Shown here: one piece after another, positions 1 to 11,329 of the stretch | How the letters are laid out: each line of letters starts with the position of its first letter | Numbering within the stretch: position 1 is the first letter of the stretch | From: Octopus bimaculoides | Taxonomy: Eukaryota | DNA length: 52,682 nt | Assembly (NCBI RefSeq): GCF_001194135.2 | Contig: NC_068981.1 | Location: 110,768,038 to 110,820,719 of the forward strand | Direction of reading: 5' to 3' | Notes under the pieces: generated by a model | Told to the model about the DNA's origin: nothing | Database searches by the model: none | Seen by the model: the letters and a program-made list of their open reading frames with translations, nothing else | Made by a program: the position numbers and the translations under genes

Positions 1-10
1 TATATATATA

Positions 11-174
11 CGACGGGCTTCTTTCAGTTTCCGTCTACCAAATCCACTCACAAGGCTTTGGTCAGCCTGAGGCTATAGTAGAAGACACTTGCCCAAGGTG
101 TCACGCAATGGGACTGAAACCAAAACCATGTGGATGGTAAGCAAGCTACTTACCACACAGCCACTCCTACGCCT
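11..174 (-). mobile_element. tRNA-derived SINE, 5' part (cut by window edge)
   Basis: Reverse strand reads AGGCGTAGGAGTGGCTGTGTGGTAAG...GGTTTCAGTCCC (A-box/B-box-like); same sequence recurs at about 6978, 16418 and 49747. Confidence 0.85.
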
Positions 175-191
175 ATATATGTATACATATA

Positions 192-941
192 TGTATAATT
201 TATGAGAGTGATGGAAGATGGAACATATGAGAATCTTTATTAATCATTACAATCGTTTCAACCCATCTAGCATCAATCTTTCATGCGTGGGATATTGCAC
301 AACTGGTTTAGCTGTATCCCTTGGTGTAGATGTGTCTCCTCTAGTGATTTCAAGAGGTATCTCATTAAAATAAACTCTGTTTTGCACAGCTTATTATTGC
401 ATGTTTACTTCTCGGTTTTTGCTGATAAAAATGGCAAATTGATGGATACTGCTTCATTCTTACAGAAGATCAATAACGAAGATTATATATAAAAAGAAGC
501 ATACACAATAAAGCAAAAAGAAATTATTACATATAACTCTTAGTAGATATGGAAGTACAAACACTCACACAATCATTTGTACATCCCTAACCACTAATGA
601 TTATATGAAATAATCTTTTTCACTTTATTGTGTATTTGTTTCTTTTTGTATCTGATCTTTGTTATTGATCTTCTGTAAGAATGAAGTAGTATCCATTAGT
701 TTGCCATTTTTGTCTACGAAGACCAAGAAGTAAATATGCAGTGATGTGCGAAACAGAGTTTATTTTAATGAGATACCTCTTGAAATCCCTTGAGGAGTCA
801 CATCTACACCCAGAGATACAGCTAAACCAGTTGTGCAGTATTGCAGTTGCAAGAGATAGAGGCTAGATGGGTTGAAATGTTTGTCATGATTAATAAAGAT
901 TATCGTATCTTCCATCTTCTGCCTCTCTCATGAATTACACA
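192..941. repeat. Long imperfect inverted repeat (arms about 192-483 and 655-941, spacer about 170 bp), unclassified fold-back element
   Basis: Reverse complement of 192-483 aligns along its whole length to 655-941 (e.g. gttattgatcttctgtaagaatgaag, aaacagagtttattttaatgagatacctcttgaaatc, gctagatgggttgaaa). Confidence 0.9.
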
Positions 942-1322
942 CCCAATGAACACTGAGCCAGTGAACATGCTTTACTGGGAAGCTACCAGGTGTATACTAT
1001 ATGATTTATTAACTAATAACTATATATATATATATATATATGTATATACTTTATTAAAAAATCAGATATTTTTATATCACAAAAACTGTTACGCAAAATT
1101 TTATGTTCCCATTTGTTGGAAAGTTTTGTTTAGAATGAAACAAAATAAGGTTATATGTATAAATATACAATTACTTTGATAGATGCACATTAGAAAATAG
1201 TTTTGTTTCATTGGTCCTTTCCACTAATAGTCTTTTCAATAACTGGTTGCATGAAATTACAATTCCGGTTTAAAATCATGATATTATAAAAATCGAAGAA
1301 AACCTTAGATCAAAAAGAGCTT

Positions 1323-1388
<66 letters not shown>

Positions 1389-3758
1389 GTTTAACGTCCG
1401 CTTTCCATGCTAGCATGGGTTGGACGATTTGACTGAGAACTGGTGAACCAGATGGCTATGCCAGGCTCCAATCTGATTTGGCAGAGTTTCTACAGCTGGA
1501 TGCCCTTCCTAACGCCAACCACTCCGAGAGTGTAGTGGGTGCTTTTACGTGCCACCGGCACGAGGGCCAGTCAGGTGGGTACTGGCAACGGCCATGCTCG
1601 AAATGGTGTGTTTTACGTGCCACCTGCACAGGAGCCAGTCCATCGGCACTGGCAACAATCTCGCTCGGATATCTTACTGGCAAAGGCTATGCTCGAAATG
1701 CTGTATTACGTGTCACCTGCACAGGAGCCAGTCCATCGGCATTGGCAACGATCTCGCTCGAATGACTTTTCACGTGCCACTGGCACAAGTGCCAGGAAGG
1801 CGACGTTGATAACAATCACGGTAGTGCTATTTACGTGCCACCGGCATGGAAGCCAGACAGCTGCTCTGGCAACAATCATGCTCGGATGGTGCTCTTATTT
1901 CGCTTTCGCTTTCGCTTGCCCCAACAGGTCTTCACAAGCCGAGTTTAGTGTTCCTACAAATTTAGTTCGATTTCGATTTCACTTGCCTCACCATGTCTTT
2001 GCAAGTGGAGTTTAGTGTCCCATAAAGGAATGTTATGCGTAAGTGGGCTGGCTACATCCGTGGCAGAGGCCTTGGATTTTGGTCTCACTTGGCCTGCTGG
2101 GTCTTCTCACGCACAGCATATTTCCAAAGGTCACGGTCGCAAGTCATTGCCTCAGTGAGGCCTAATGTTCGGAGGTCGTGCTTCACCATCTCATCCCAGG
2201 TCTTCCTAGGCCTGCCTCTTCCATGGGTTCCTTCAACCACTAGATTGTGGCACTTTTTCATGCAGCTATCCTCATCCATTCTCACCACATGTCCATACCA
2301 GTGCAATCGTCTTTCTTGCACACCACAACTGATGCTTCTTATGTTCAACTTTTCTCTCAAGATACTTACGCTCTATCGGGTATGCCCACTGACATTACCC
2401 ATCCATCGGAGCATACTGGCTTCATTTCTTGCAAGCTTACGCATGTCTTCAGCAGTCACGGCCCATATTTCCCTGCCATGTAGCATGGCTGTTCGTACAC
2501 ATGTGTCATACAGTCTGCCCTTTACTCTGAGTGAGAGGCCCTTTGTCGCCAGCAGAGGTAAGAGCTCTGTGAACTTTGCCCAGGCTATTCTTATTCTAGC
2601 AGCTACACTTTCAGCGCACCCACCCTCACTACTAACTTGGTCACCCAGATAGTGGAAGCTATCAACTACGTCTAGTTTTTTTCCCTGGATTTTTCCCTGG
2701 AATGAGACAGAAGTTGTTTTCTGCATATTTACAGTGTTTATTGCACCTGATCATCTGCCACATACAAAAACTATCTTCCTAGTTAACCTGCCTTTGATAT
2801 TGCTGCACCTCTTATGTGTCCATAGCTTGCACTGGGTACATCTTATAGAGTTTCTACCTACATCTTTTCTACAAATCGTGCAGGGCCATCTACCTGAAGT
2901 GGTTTGTGTTTTCTCTACCTTTCTACTTATTAAGTCTTTGGTTTTAGCTAGGTTGACTCTAGGCCTTTTGATTCTAGTCCCTGCTTCCACACCTGAAGCT
3001 TCTCCTCTAGTTCTGATAGTGACTCAGCAATTAGTGCAAGGTCGTCAGCATAGAGGAGCTCCCAGGGCCTCCTATCTTGAATTCCTCTGTTATTGCCTGG
3101 AGGACTATGATGAATAGAAGGGGGCTGAGGACAGAACCTTGGTGGACCCCTACCTCTACACGGAAATCTTCACTATACTCATTGCTAACCCTCACCTTAC
3201 TGACAGTGTCTCTGTACATGGCTCGCACAGCTCTCACTAACCATTCTTCTATTCCTAGATTCCTCATTGACCACCAGATAAGGGATCGGGGGACCCTGTC
3301 AAAGGCTTTCTCCATGTCAACAAAAGCCAGGTACAGAGCTTTATCCCTGGCTAGGTATTTCTCCTGCAGCTGTCTTACCAGAAATACAGCATCAGTGGTG
3401 CTTTTCCCTGGCACGAACCCAAACTGCATCTCATCTAAACTGACTCGCTCCCTAATTAGTTGGGCTATGACCCTCTCCGTGACTTTCATTACCTGATCTA
3501 ACAACTTGATACCTCTGTAATTATTTGTATCTAAAGCATAACCTTTACTTTTGTAACAGTTGACTATGGTGCTGCTACACCAGTCATTGGGTATGACTCC
3601 TTCGTGTATCACCTGGTTAACAATATGGGTGACTAGGCTATAGCCGACACTACCTGATATTTTGAGGATCTCTGCAGTGATTCCTGATGGGCCAGAGGCT
3701 TTCCCTGTCTTCATACTCTTAATTGCTTTATCTACCATGGTACTGTCAATTCAGATAG
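1323..3758 (-). mobile_element. 5'-truncated RTE-clade LINE: fragmented RT ORF, modular 3' UTR and (GAT)n tail
   Basis: Minus ORFs with KASGPSG, NYRGIKLL, QFGFVPGKST, DMEKAFDRVP, GVHQGSVLSP, C-terminal GRGRPRKTW; (CAT)n at 1323-1388. Confidence 0.93.
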
Positions 3759-4768
3759 AACGAAAATGACCTGAATACTCAGGGTAAATAATTAGTGGTA
3801 AAAAATGATAATAATAAATTTAAATAAATTGAAAGGTATATCCATTTAAAAAAACTTTCACAAAGAACTAACATCCTGAAATACATATACATTTAGTAAT
3901 ACAAATACATACCAAACAATCTATATATACATATATACACTAAACATATGGCTACATACATATACAGGCAAATATAGGTAAAACGTGAATATGTACAAAT
4001 GCATATATATGTATCCATGTAAACACACACGCGTAATATCTTCTGGTGAATGCTTATACAACTTAGTTGTTATAGGCGAGAGAAAGAAAACGGAAAGAAA
4101 ATCAGAGAATAACAAATGATGGGAGAAAGATAAGAGGAAAAGAAAGCGAAACAGAAAATTAGAAAGAGAAAGAGAAAGAGAAAAATAGATAGAGGTAGAG
4201 AATAAGATCATTTGGAAGTTGGTGTTCCTAAAAGTATCTAATGAATGTTAGATACTTCGTTCAGCTTGCAAATGCATACATATAAAAATGACATGCATAT
4301 CTACATAAATACAAACATACATACCAATACACACACATATAGACATTCATACAAATATACAAAAAATATATACATAAATATATATATATATATATATGTA
4401 TATAAATATCTTCACATCAAGATAAATATATGCACCATAACGTATATACGCATACAAACATATAGATAAAAACTGTATGATATATAGAATATTAAAATAA
4501 GGAAATTGTACAATAAATTAATATAACATAATTAAATGTAATATAAAATAAATATATAAATTTAAAATATAAAATTTGAATATATAAAAATGAGTAAAAA
4601 ATAAACTTCAGCAAAACTTAGGTTTAAATTTGTATAACAGTTGAAGGCTTTCTTAAAAGTTGGATGTAAAATATAAAATGTGAAGTCAAAATATGTACTA
4701 GCATTGTAATACAAAAATAACTATATATAAGGTGTAAAGCTAAATTCAAATGCGAGAGTCAAAAAATT

Positions 4769-6545
4769 TTACCCATACGGTATTTTTTCGGTTGATGTTT
4801 TAAACCTCACAGCATGCCTACAGGAATGTAGGAGCTCACATCTCTGTTTCAATGCATGTTTACCCTGGAACAGGATGAAGAACATTTCTGAGAGGTAAAG
4901 ATTACATTCCATAGGTCGTCTATAGGCTCCATGTTTGTATGATGGTGCTTGTTCCAAAACTGTCCTGTTGATATTGAAACGACGGGTGTCATTCTCCTTC
5001 AATTGCTAGACATGTTTTGCAAGATGTGTTGCTATCGGATTCTCGGGGTATCGGAAAGAATTTCGGTGGGAAGTGTTTGTAACAAGAATAGCTAACCTTC
5101 AGTGTTCTTCTCTTAAAAATTCTCTAGAACTTATAGCTAGATTGAAAATGTTTAGAAACTAATTTTAAGGATTTCCTACCTACATTAGTTTTTGCAGCAA
5201 TATTAAATGCTGGATTAAACCACAAAACTTTCCTAGTTCTAGTTCTATGTAGTCTATTATTGATAGAATTAGACTATACTGGATCTTCTCTGAGAATTCA
5301 CTTTTCCTTAATGCATTATTATAATACTGCGTGGCATTTTGAAATGCTGTCTCATCTGAAGATATTGACGATATGCACCTTCCTATATTACTAAGTAGGT
5401 TCTTAAGAATTACAGGTGGATGATTTGATTCTTTGCTAATATAACATAACTTTTTGTTGGGCTTGCGATTGGGTTTAAGTTTATCCAATTGCAAATCTAA
5501 GTTGATATCTAAAAAAAATCTACATTATTAAGGTTACTTTCTATTATAATCCCATTCTTTGGAAGAAAGTAATCAGATTCTTCCTAAGTTTATCTAACTC
5601 ATGGTCATTTAAATTATGGGTGACTATAAGACCATCATCGCTGTATAATCCTGCATCTATAAAAGGGAATTCTAGATGCAGATTATGCAAAATATAAGTT
5701 CCTATAAGCATACACAACTCCGCCCCATCATATGTTCCCATTGGTACATCGAATAGAGAATCCTCACTCTTTTTGACCAGGTGGAATCAGTAAAAAAGAG
5801 GGATTTCTTTGCACACAGGATATCTATTTCCAAGCTATCGATGGTGACATACTGCTTGGCAAAGTCTAATGCTTTTAGAAGCAAATGCCTAGATATTAAT
5901 GAGTAAAAATCGACAATATCGAACTGCGTAGATTTGCAGTTGTGCTTATGGCTAAATCCTTTGAACCAATCTATCACTGACTTGCTATTTCTCCAAATCC
6001 CTAAATATAATTCACTATTTAACTTGCTTAAAATATGATCTAAAATATATTTGCTAATAATGCCTATTTCAGTTTTAGTTGGGTTAATTAGTCTACATTT
6101 AGGGTTTCTATTGATATTTGCTTTGTGGTCTTTCACGTAATAAAGGGTTGGTATAGGAGGAGGTATTCTATCCTATCACTAACGTTAAGATTGTTAGCAA
6201 TTCTTCTTGCCTCCAAATTCACCTCTTTATGTAAATTTTTTGTTTTGTAGGTGTCTGTAATACTGTTCAAAAGTAGACGTTTATAAACATCTTTGTCAAC
6301 CACGTATAAGATTTTTGTTTTGTCGACAATTATGAAGATTTTATCTGAGTTTTTTATGTCTAATTTTTTCCTTCATATCTCTCTGGAATGGGTTGTTGAA
6401 TTTGCAGAATTTAATTCTTCTAATAAGCTCGAAAAGATCATTTTTGAAGGCTTTAATTCTGAAATAGGTGGTGGATTTTTAGAAGAATTAAGGCCATATT
6501 TGTTTCTATTAGATTGTTGCTTCATGTCAAAGAAGGAGGCCTTCC
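4769..6545 (-). mobile_element. Decayed Penelope-like element (RT plus C-terminal region typical of GIY-YIG PLEs)
   Basis: Minus fragments KDHKANI..PKCRLINPTKTEIG, FDIVDFYS, MGTYDGAELC, GLYSDDGL, SNHPP.ILKNL, CNLYLSE; many stops and frameshifts. Confidence 0.85.
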
Positions 6546-6719
6546 ATCTCATTCTTTATTTGTACACACATACACACACCTTTCTTTTCCATATGGGGTA
6601 TACATGTATCTACTCTAAAGTAAGTCACTTATTTCTGTCTCTCTAATCTCTCAACTGGCACATAACCCCCCCTCTCCACAATACTACTCTCCACTTTTGT
6701 TTTGCAAAATATTAGGCAA

Positions 6720-6971
6720 CCCTGTTGGTGATGGTACCATATAAAAAGCACAGCTGTTGGTGGCATGTGAAAAGAGTGGGTGCTGGTGCTATGTAAAAAG
6801 CACCCAGTACATTATGTGAAGTGGTTGGTGTTAAAAAGGGCACCCATCTATTGAAACCATGCCAAAATAGACAATGGAACCTGGTGCAGCTCCTGGCCTT
6901 GCCAGCTCATGTCAAACCATCCAACTTGTGCCAGCATGGAAAACAGATGTTAAAGAATGATGATGATGATA
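6720..6971 (+). mobile_element. RTE 3' UTR fragment with (GAT)n tail
   Basis: Diverged match to RTE 3' end (aaaagcaccc...gccagcatggaaaacagatgttaaagaatgatgatgat). Confidence 0.75.
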
Positions 6972-6977
6972 TCACTT

Positions 6978-7368
6978 AGGTGCAGACATGATTATGTAGT
7001 AAGTAGTTTGCTTCCCAACCACATGACTCAAGGTTCAGTCCTATTGTATGGTACCTTGGCTAAATGTCTTCTATTATTGCCTTGGGCCAATTGAAGCCTC
7101 ATGGGTAGATTTGGTAGGTGGAAACAGGAAGAAGCCTCTGTGTGCGTGTGTGTGTGAGTGTTTGTGTCTATGTTTGTCCCCTGACAACACCACTCAACAA
7201 CTGGTATTATGTTTATGTTCCCGTAACTTAGTGGCTTGGCAAAAAAGACCAATAAAATGGCTTTAGAAAAAAAAAAGTACTGGATTCATTCATTTGACTA
7301 AAGTTCTTCAAGGTGGTGTCCCAACATGGCCACAGTCTAATGAGTGAAACAAGTAAAAGATAAAAGAT
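6978..7368 (+). mobile_element. tRNA-derived SINE, diverged full-length copy
   Basis: AGGTGCAGACATG head, GGTTCAGTCC B-box-like motif, internal (TG)n, 3' gaaacaagtaaaagataaaagat. Confidence 0.85.
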
Positions 7369-7375
7369 ATGTGTG

Positions 7376-7434
<59 letters not shown>

Positions 7435-7834
7435 NNNNNNNNNNNNNNNNNNNNNNNNNNNNNNNNNNNNNNNNNNNNNNNNNNNNNNNNNNNNNNNNNN
7501 NNNNNNNNNNNNNNNNNNNNNNNNNNNNNNNNNNNNNNNNNNNNNNNNNNNNNNNNNNNNNNNNNNNNNNNNNNNNNNNNNNNNNNNNNNNNNNNNNNNN
7601 NNNNNNNNNNNNNNNNNNNNNNNNNNNNNNNNNNNNNNNNNNNNNNNNNNNNNNNNNNNNNNNNNNNNNNNNNNNNNNNNNNNNNNNNNNNNNNNNNNNN
7701 NNNNNNNNNNNNNNNNNNNNNNNNNNNNNNNNNNNNNNNNNNNNNNNNNNNNNNNNNNNNNNNNNNNNNNNNNNNNNNNNNNNNNNNNNNNNNNNNNNNN
7801 NNNNNNNNNNNNNNNNNNNNNNNNNNNNNNNNNN
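7435..7834. other. Assembly gap (N run); other gaps at 8890-8933, 10604-10613, 15830-16417, 34469-35172, 42955-42964, 45212-45221
   Basis: Runs of N; several abut (TA)n microsatellites or repeat ends. Confidence 0.99.
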
Positions 7835-8253
7835 CATTCAACTACAATAGTAGTTGAATAATATTCTTAAGTCCACAATTTACTCACATGTAGCATCGTC
7901 AGAGCTTTGTTGCTAATTCAGTTCTTAACCAAATTGAAAACTGTTAATAATTTTGCAGAGGACTGGTCATTAGCTACATTTTGGTATTAAAAAATTGAGA
8001 TTTGGTCCTGTAGAAAAAAGTTTACATCAAAATTTGTAGCAACTTTATAGGAGAGTGAAGTAACGCCTCCAATCAAGTTTAGATCTAAATAACATTTTTA
8101 TTTTAAAAGCAAAATGTATTCATCTTAGCTTCAATGATAGAAGAAACTATGAGGAATTTTATAGTTTTGGTTCCATGCAGCAAAAATATGTATAAAATAA
8201 GTTGTGAGTTAAATTATCATGAAAAAAAATATAAGGTAAAAAATGGGATTTAA

Positions 8254-9245
8254 TCCTTTCGTTACTATATTTCTAACCAAAATACACCCCTCATGAGTTT
8301 CAATTAAATTCTAAAATAATCATGAATTTAGACTAGTCTCATTAAACACCTGTAACTTTTTTATTTATCAACATATTGATGTGATATTTGGAACATAATT
8401 AAAGAAAGGGTTCTTAATCAATTCTATTACATAACTTTTGTCTCAAAGTTTTCCACATACTGGGGTACTGCTAGTGTCTCTCACATGTAAATAGTGGTTC
8501 AGCTTCACGAATCGTACTCGTTCATAATACTGGAAATATATTCATTACCAAAAGGTTCCTGATCGCTCCAGTAATTTGTTATTCTGGGTAACTGTCTAAT
8601 ACCCATAATAATATTTATGGCAAAAAATGCCCGTATTTCATCTACAGTTGCAGGAAACCACAAGCTATCTTTTTTTTCCTGCTTGTTTACATTCTGTGTA
8701 ATGGTTTGTTTCCGCAGTAATCATTTCAAACAAGCATGCTGGAAAATATAAGAAAAAGAAGTCTAAAGGTTTCACTTCCTGAGAAAGACTATGGGTAGAC
8801 CCTGTCTCCTTAGAAAAATTGTTAATAAAAATATTTTAAAAATCTTTACTCCATTCTGGTGTAAAATCATCCTCACTGTCGCCGTCGCTNNNNNNNNNNN
8901 NNNNNNNNNNNNNNNNNNNNNNNNNNNNNNNNNAATTCGGAATCACTGCTTGATAGCATGAAACTCCTCTCCATCATCAAAGTTGAAGAAAATTAACACC
9001 GCAAAAAATGTGGAAAAAAATCTTCCAAAATTCACTGAGTTCAAATATCACGCCAAACGATGTCGGATACAATAACTCAACTGTTTGCAAAGTGAAATCA
9101 GGTGTTTTAACGAATGTACTAATGAGATTTTGGTTCAAATATACATTTAAATAACAATGGGTACTCTCGGCTGGCTACGGCTGGGTTGGTCTTATGAACC
9201 AAAAAAATTTTTCGGCCGGCTACAGCCGTGTTAGTAATGAAAGGG
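8254..9245 (-). mobile_element. Internally deleted piggyBac element
   Basis: TTAA at 8250-8253 and 9246-9249; TIRs TCCTTTCGTTACTA / CCCTTTCATTACTA; minus strand keeps acidic N-terminal peptides MLSSSDSE and SDGDSEDDFTPEWSKD around the N gap. Confidence 0.85.
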
Positions 9246-9359
9246 TTAAGTATTATTAACTTTTTTATTTTAAAAAGAAACTATATTTTAATTAAGCTTA
9301 AATGATAGAGCTCAATTCAAGGAATTTCATGGTATCACTCTCATGCAATGAAGCTTTAA

Positions 9360-9725
9360 AAGAAAAAAGTTATGAGCGTTTGTTTCTCAAATTTGAAGCT
9401 GATAATACAGTTCTATACTTTTTTATGAATATAATTCTATAAGGGGACTTTTAATATATGTCATCAACATCATTGAGGTAAGGAAAAAATTATCAATGAC
9501 ACTGTTAATTTGAAATTAGTTTAATTAGGTCATCTGTATTAATTAATGCAATTATATCATGTAAATACAATCCCGTAATATCTGAGATGAGAAAGAAGTT
9601 TTAAAAGAAATAAGTTATGAGTGTTTGTTTTTCAAATTTGAAGGTGATAATATAATTCTATATATTTTATGAATATAGTTCTATAAGGGGACTTTTAGTA
9701 TATGCCACCAGCATCATTGAGGTAA
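9360..9725. repeat. Degenerate direct repeat (about 120-bp unit, about 243-bp period); weaker related sequence at about 8095-8225 and 9265-9370
   Basis: aagttatgagcgtttgtttctcaaatttgaag...catcattgaggta at 9360-9480 recurs at 9603-9724. Confidence 0.75.
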
Positions 9726-9865
9726 TTTCCAATAAGGCAAAATGTTGACACATTATTAATTAGCATAATAGCATAGCCTAAAAAAAAAGAAGAAAACATG
9801 GATTACATGGAAAAATGCGAGTAAGAGAAATAATATTCTTAGGATTATGAACCTGAAAACGTACA

Positions 9866-10603
9866 GGAGAAGTTATTACACTTGGAAAAGTTCAGAACAA
9901 GTTGTTACATCTAGTAAAGTACAGAACAAGAAAATTTTACTTAAAATATTGCAGCTAAGCATAAAATTTCAATATTAAAAATTATTTGATTTTAATTTAC
10001 AAAGTAACATTATAATTAAAAAAGGTACCATCATTTTGTTAAAATATTGACACAGTAGAATACTTAAAAAATGAGAGCCAGAATACCAATACAGCTAAAG
10101 TTTTATGCAAACCAGAATAGTATATATGGTAGGCAAATTCATTATGTAAAAAATAGGCATTGGGTCAAGACTAAAAATGTGAAGACTTGGCAATAAGTTA
10201 GGCAACTTTTACTGTGAATTTGTTGTTATAGGTAGATTTTACTATGATATATGACTAATTTTTGTATTATTCTATTTATTGTACTAATTATGTACTACTA
10301 TTGTTTTTTATGACCTATTTTCAAATTTCTAATTATTAATTAACAATTTTTAAAAAATGAATTTATAAAGTGCAAAAAATATTTTGAGTTACTTTTTATT
10401 TTTAATAGATGTAACAAGTAATAGCAAATAGAAGTAATAACTTGTAATAAGATTTTTAGTTTCAATAAAAGCTAATATTTTCTAAATCTTAATATTTGTA
10501 ATTTTCTCCTCAGCTACAATATTTTAAGTAAAAATTTTCTTGTTCTGTACTTTACCAGATTTTATAACTTGTCCTGAACTTTTCCAAGTGTAATAACTTC
10601 TCC
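9866..10603. repeat. Inverted repeat / MITE-like element, arms about 9866-9956 and 10511-10603
   Basis: ggagaagttattacacttggaaaagttcag...aagtacagaacaagaaaattt is mirrored at 10511-10603; the right arm runs into an N gap. Confidence 0.85.
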
Positions 10604-10613
10604 NNNNNNNNNN

Positions 10614-10688
<75 letters not shown>

Positions 10689-11060
10689 TACCTCCTATGT
10701 GCATGCATCCTTAACATCCATGCATAATCCCTATTCATATCTCACTACATTCAACCACATTTCCCTATGTCTACATGTGTGAGTATGTGTAGTTCTGATT
10801 CATGTATATGGCTATGTTCATGTATGTCTTATATACATGTGTCTTCTTACTAATGCATGTTGAAATTGGCAATGACTGATACCCATTGTGTTAATAATTT
10901 CTTGTCATAGTACGTCAATGAGTGATAGAAAAAGGGAATTTAAGGTTATTCTGTGTAATCTAGAAAATACATTGCTCATTAAGTGGATAGGATTTTGTGT
11001 TTATTCAATAAAAAATTTATTCTAAGAATGTGGAAATCTTGATTCTTTCCTTTATTGTAG

Positions 11061-11164
11061 GATAATCTCTGCGAATGGGTTATTGATGATGCTCACTGTA
11101 TACGAAGAGGGCGTGTAGAAGAAGCTGTTAAAGATCCAAAGAATTGTAGTGTACCCTGTTATGC
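11061..11164 (+). CDS. MEGF8: MEGF8 internal exon (PSI region): DNLCEWVIDDAHCIRRGRVEEAVKDPKNCSVPCY
   Basis: ttgtag acceptor, GC|gtgagt donor, phase 0 to 2; resembles vertebrate MEGF8 DPFCEW...ACSRRGR...CPPLC as I recall it. Confidence 0.85.
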
Positions 11165-11329
11165 GTGAGTTTGTAATTAATATTCTTTCTTAGACATTTG
11201 TTACAGTATATTTTCTAAGTGTTTGTTTTTAACGTACTATTTAGGACTTAATATATGACTATTGTTTTATTGTTGCCAGTTCAGTTTCAACATCTCTATG
11301 TTTGCTGAATAAAATCTGGGCAACAATAG

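Noticed and set aside
1456-2015. Overlapping ORFs of 75-158 aa (similar ones at 23033-23505 and 39201-39712)
   Set aside because: They are chance frames in the GC-rich RTE 3' UTR modules and are not conserved between copies.
4231-4268. Perfect 10-bp hairpin AAGTATCTAA/TTAGATACTT next to CTGAACGA near the Penelope element
   Set aside because: There is no GAAA after the stem, so it is not a hammerhead; an isolated AT-rich hairpin is plausible by chance.
6978-7060. tRNA gene at SINE heads
   Set aside because: These are degenerate A/B-box regions fused to SINE bodies; I cannot support a cloverleaf.
7308-7861. Long ORFs full of X (also 15513-16502 and 34364-35845 in part)
   Set aside because: They are artefacts of N gaps and (TA)n runs.
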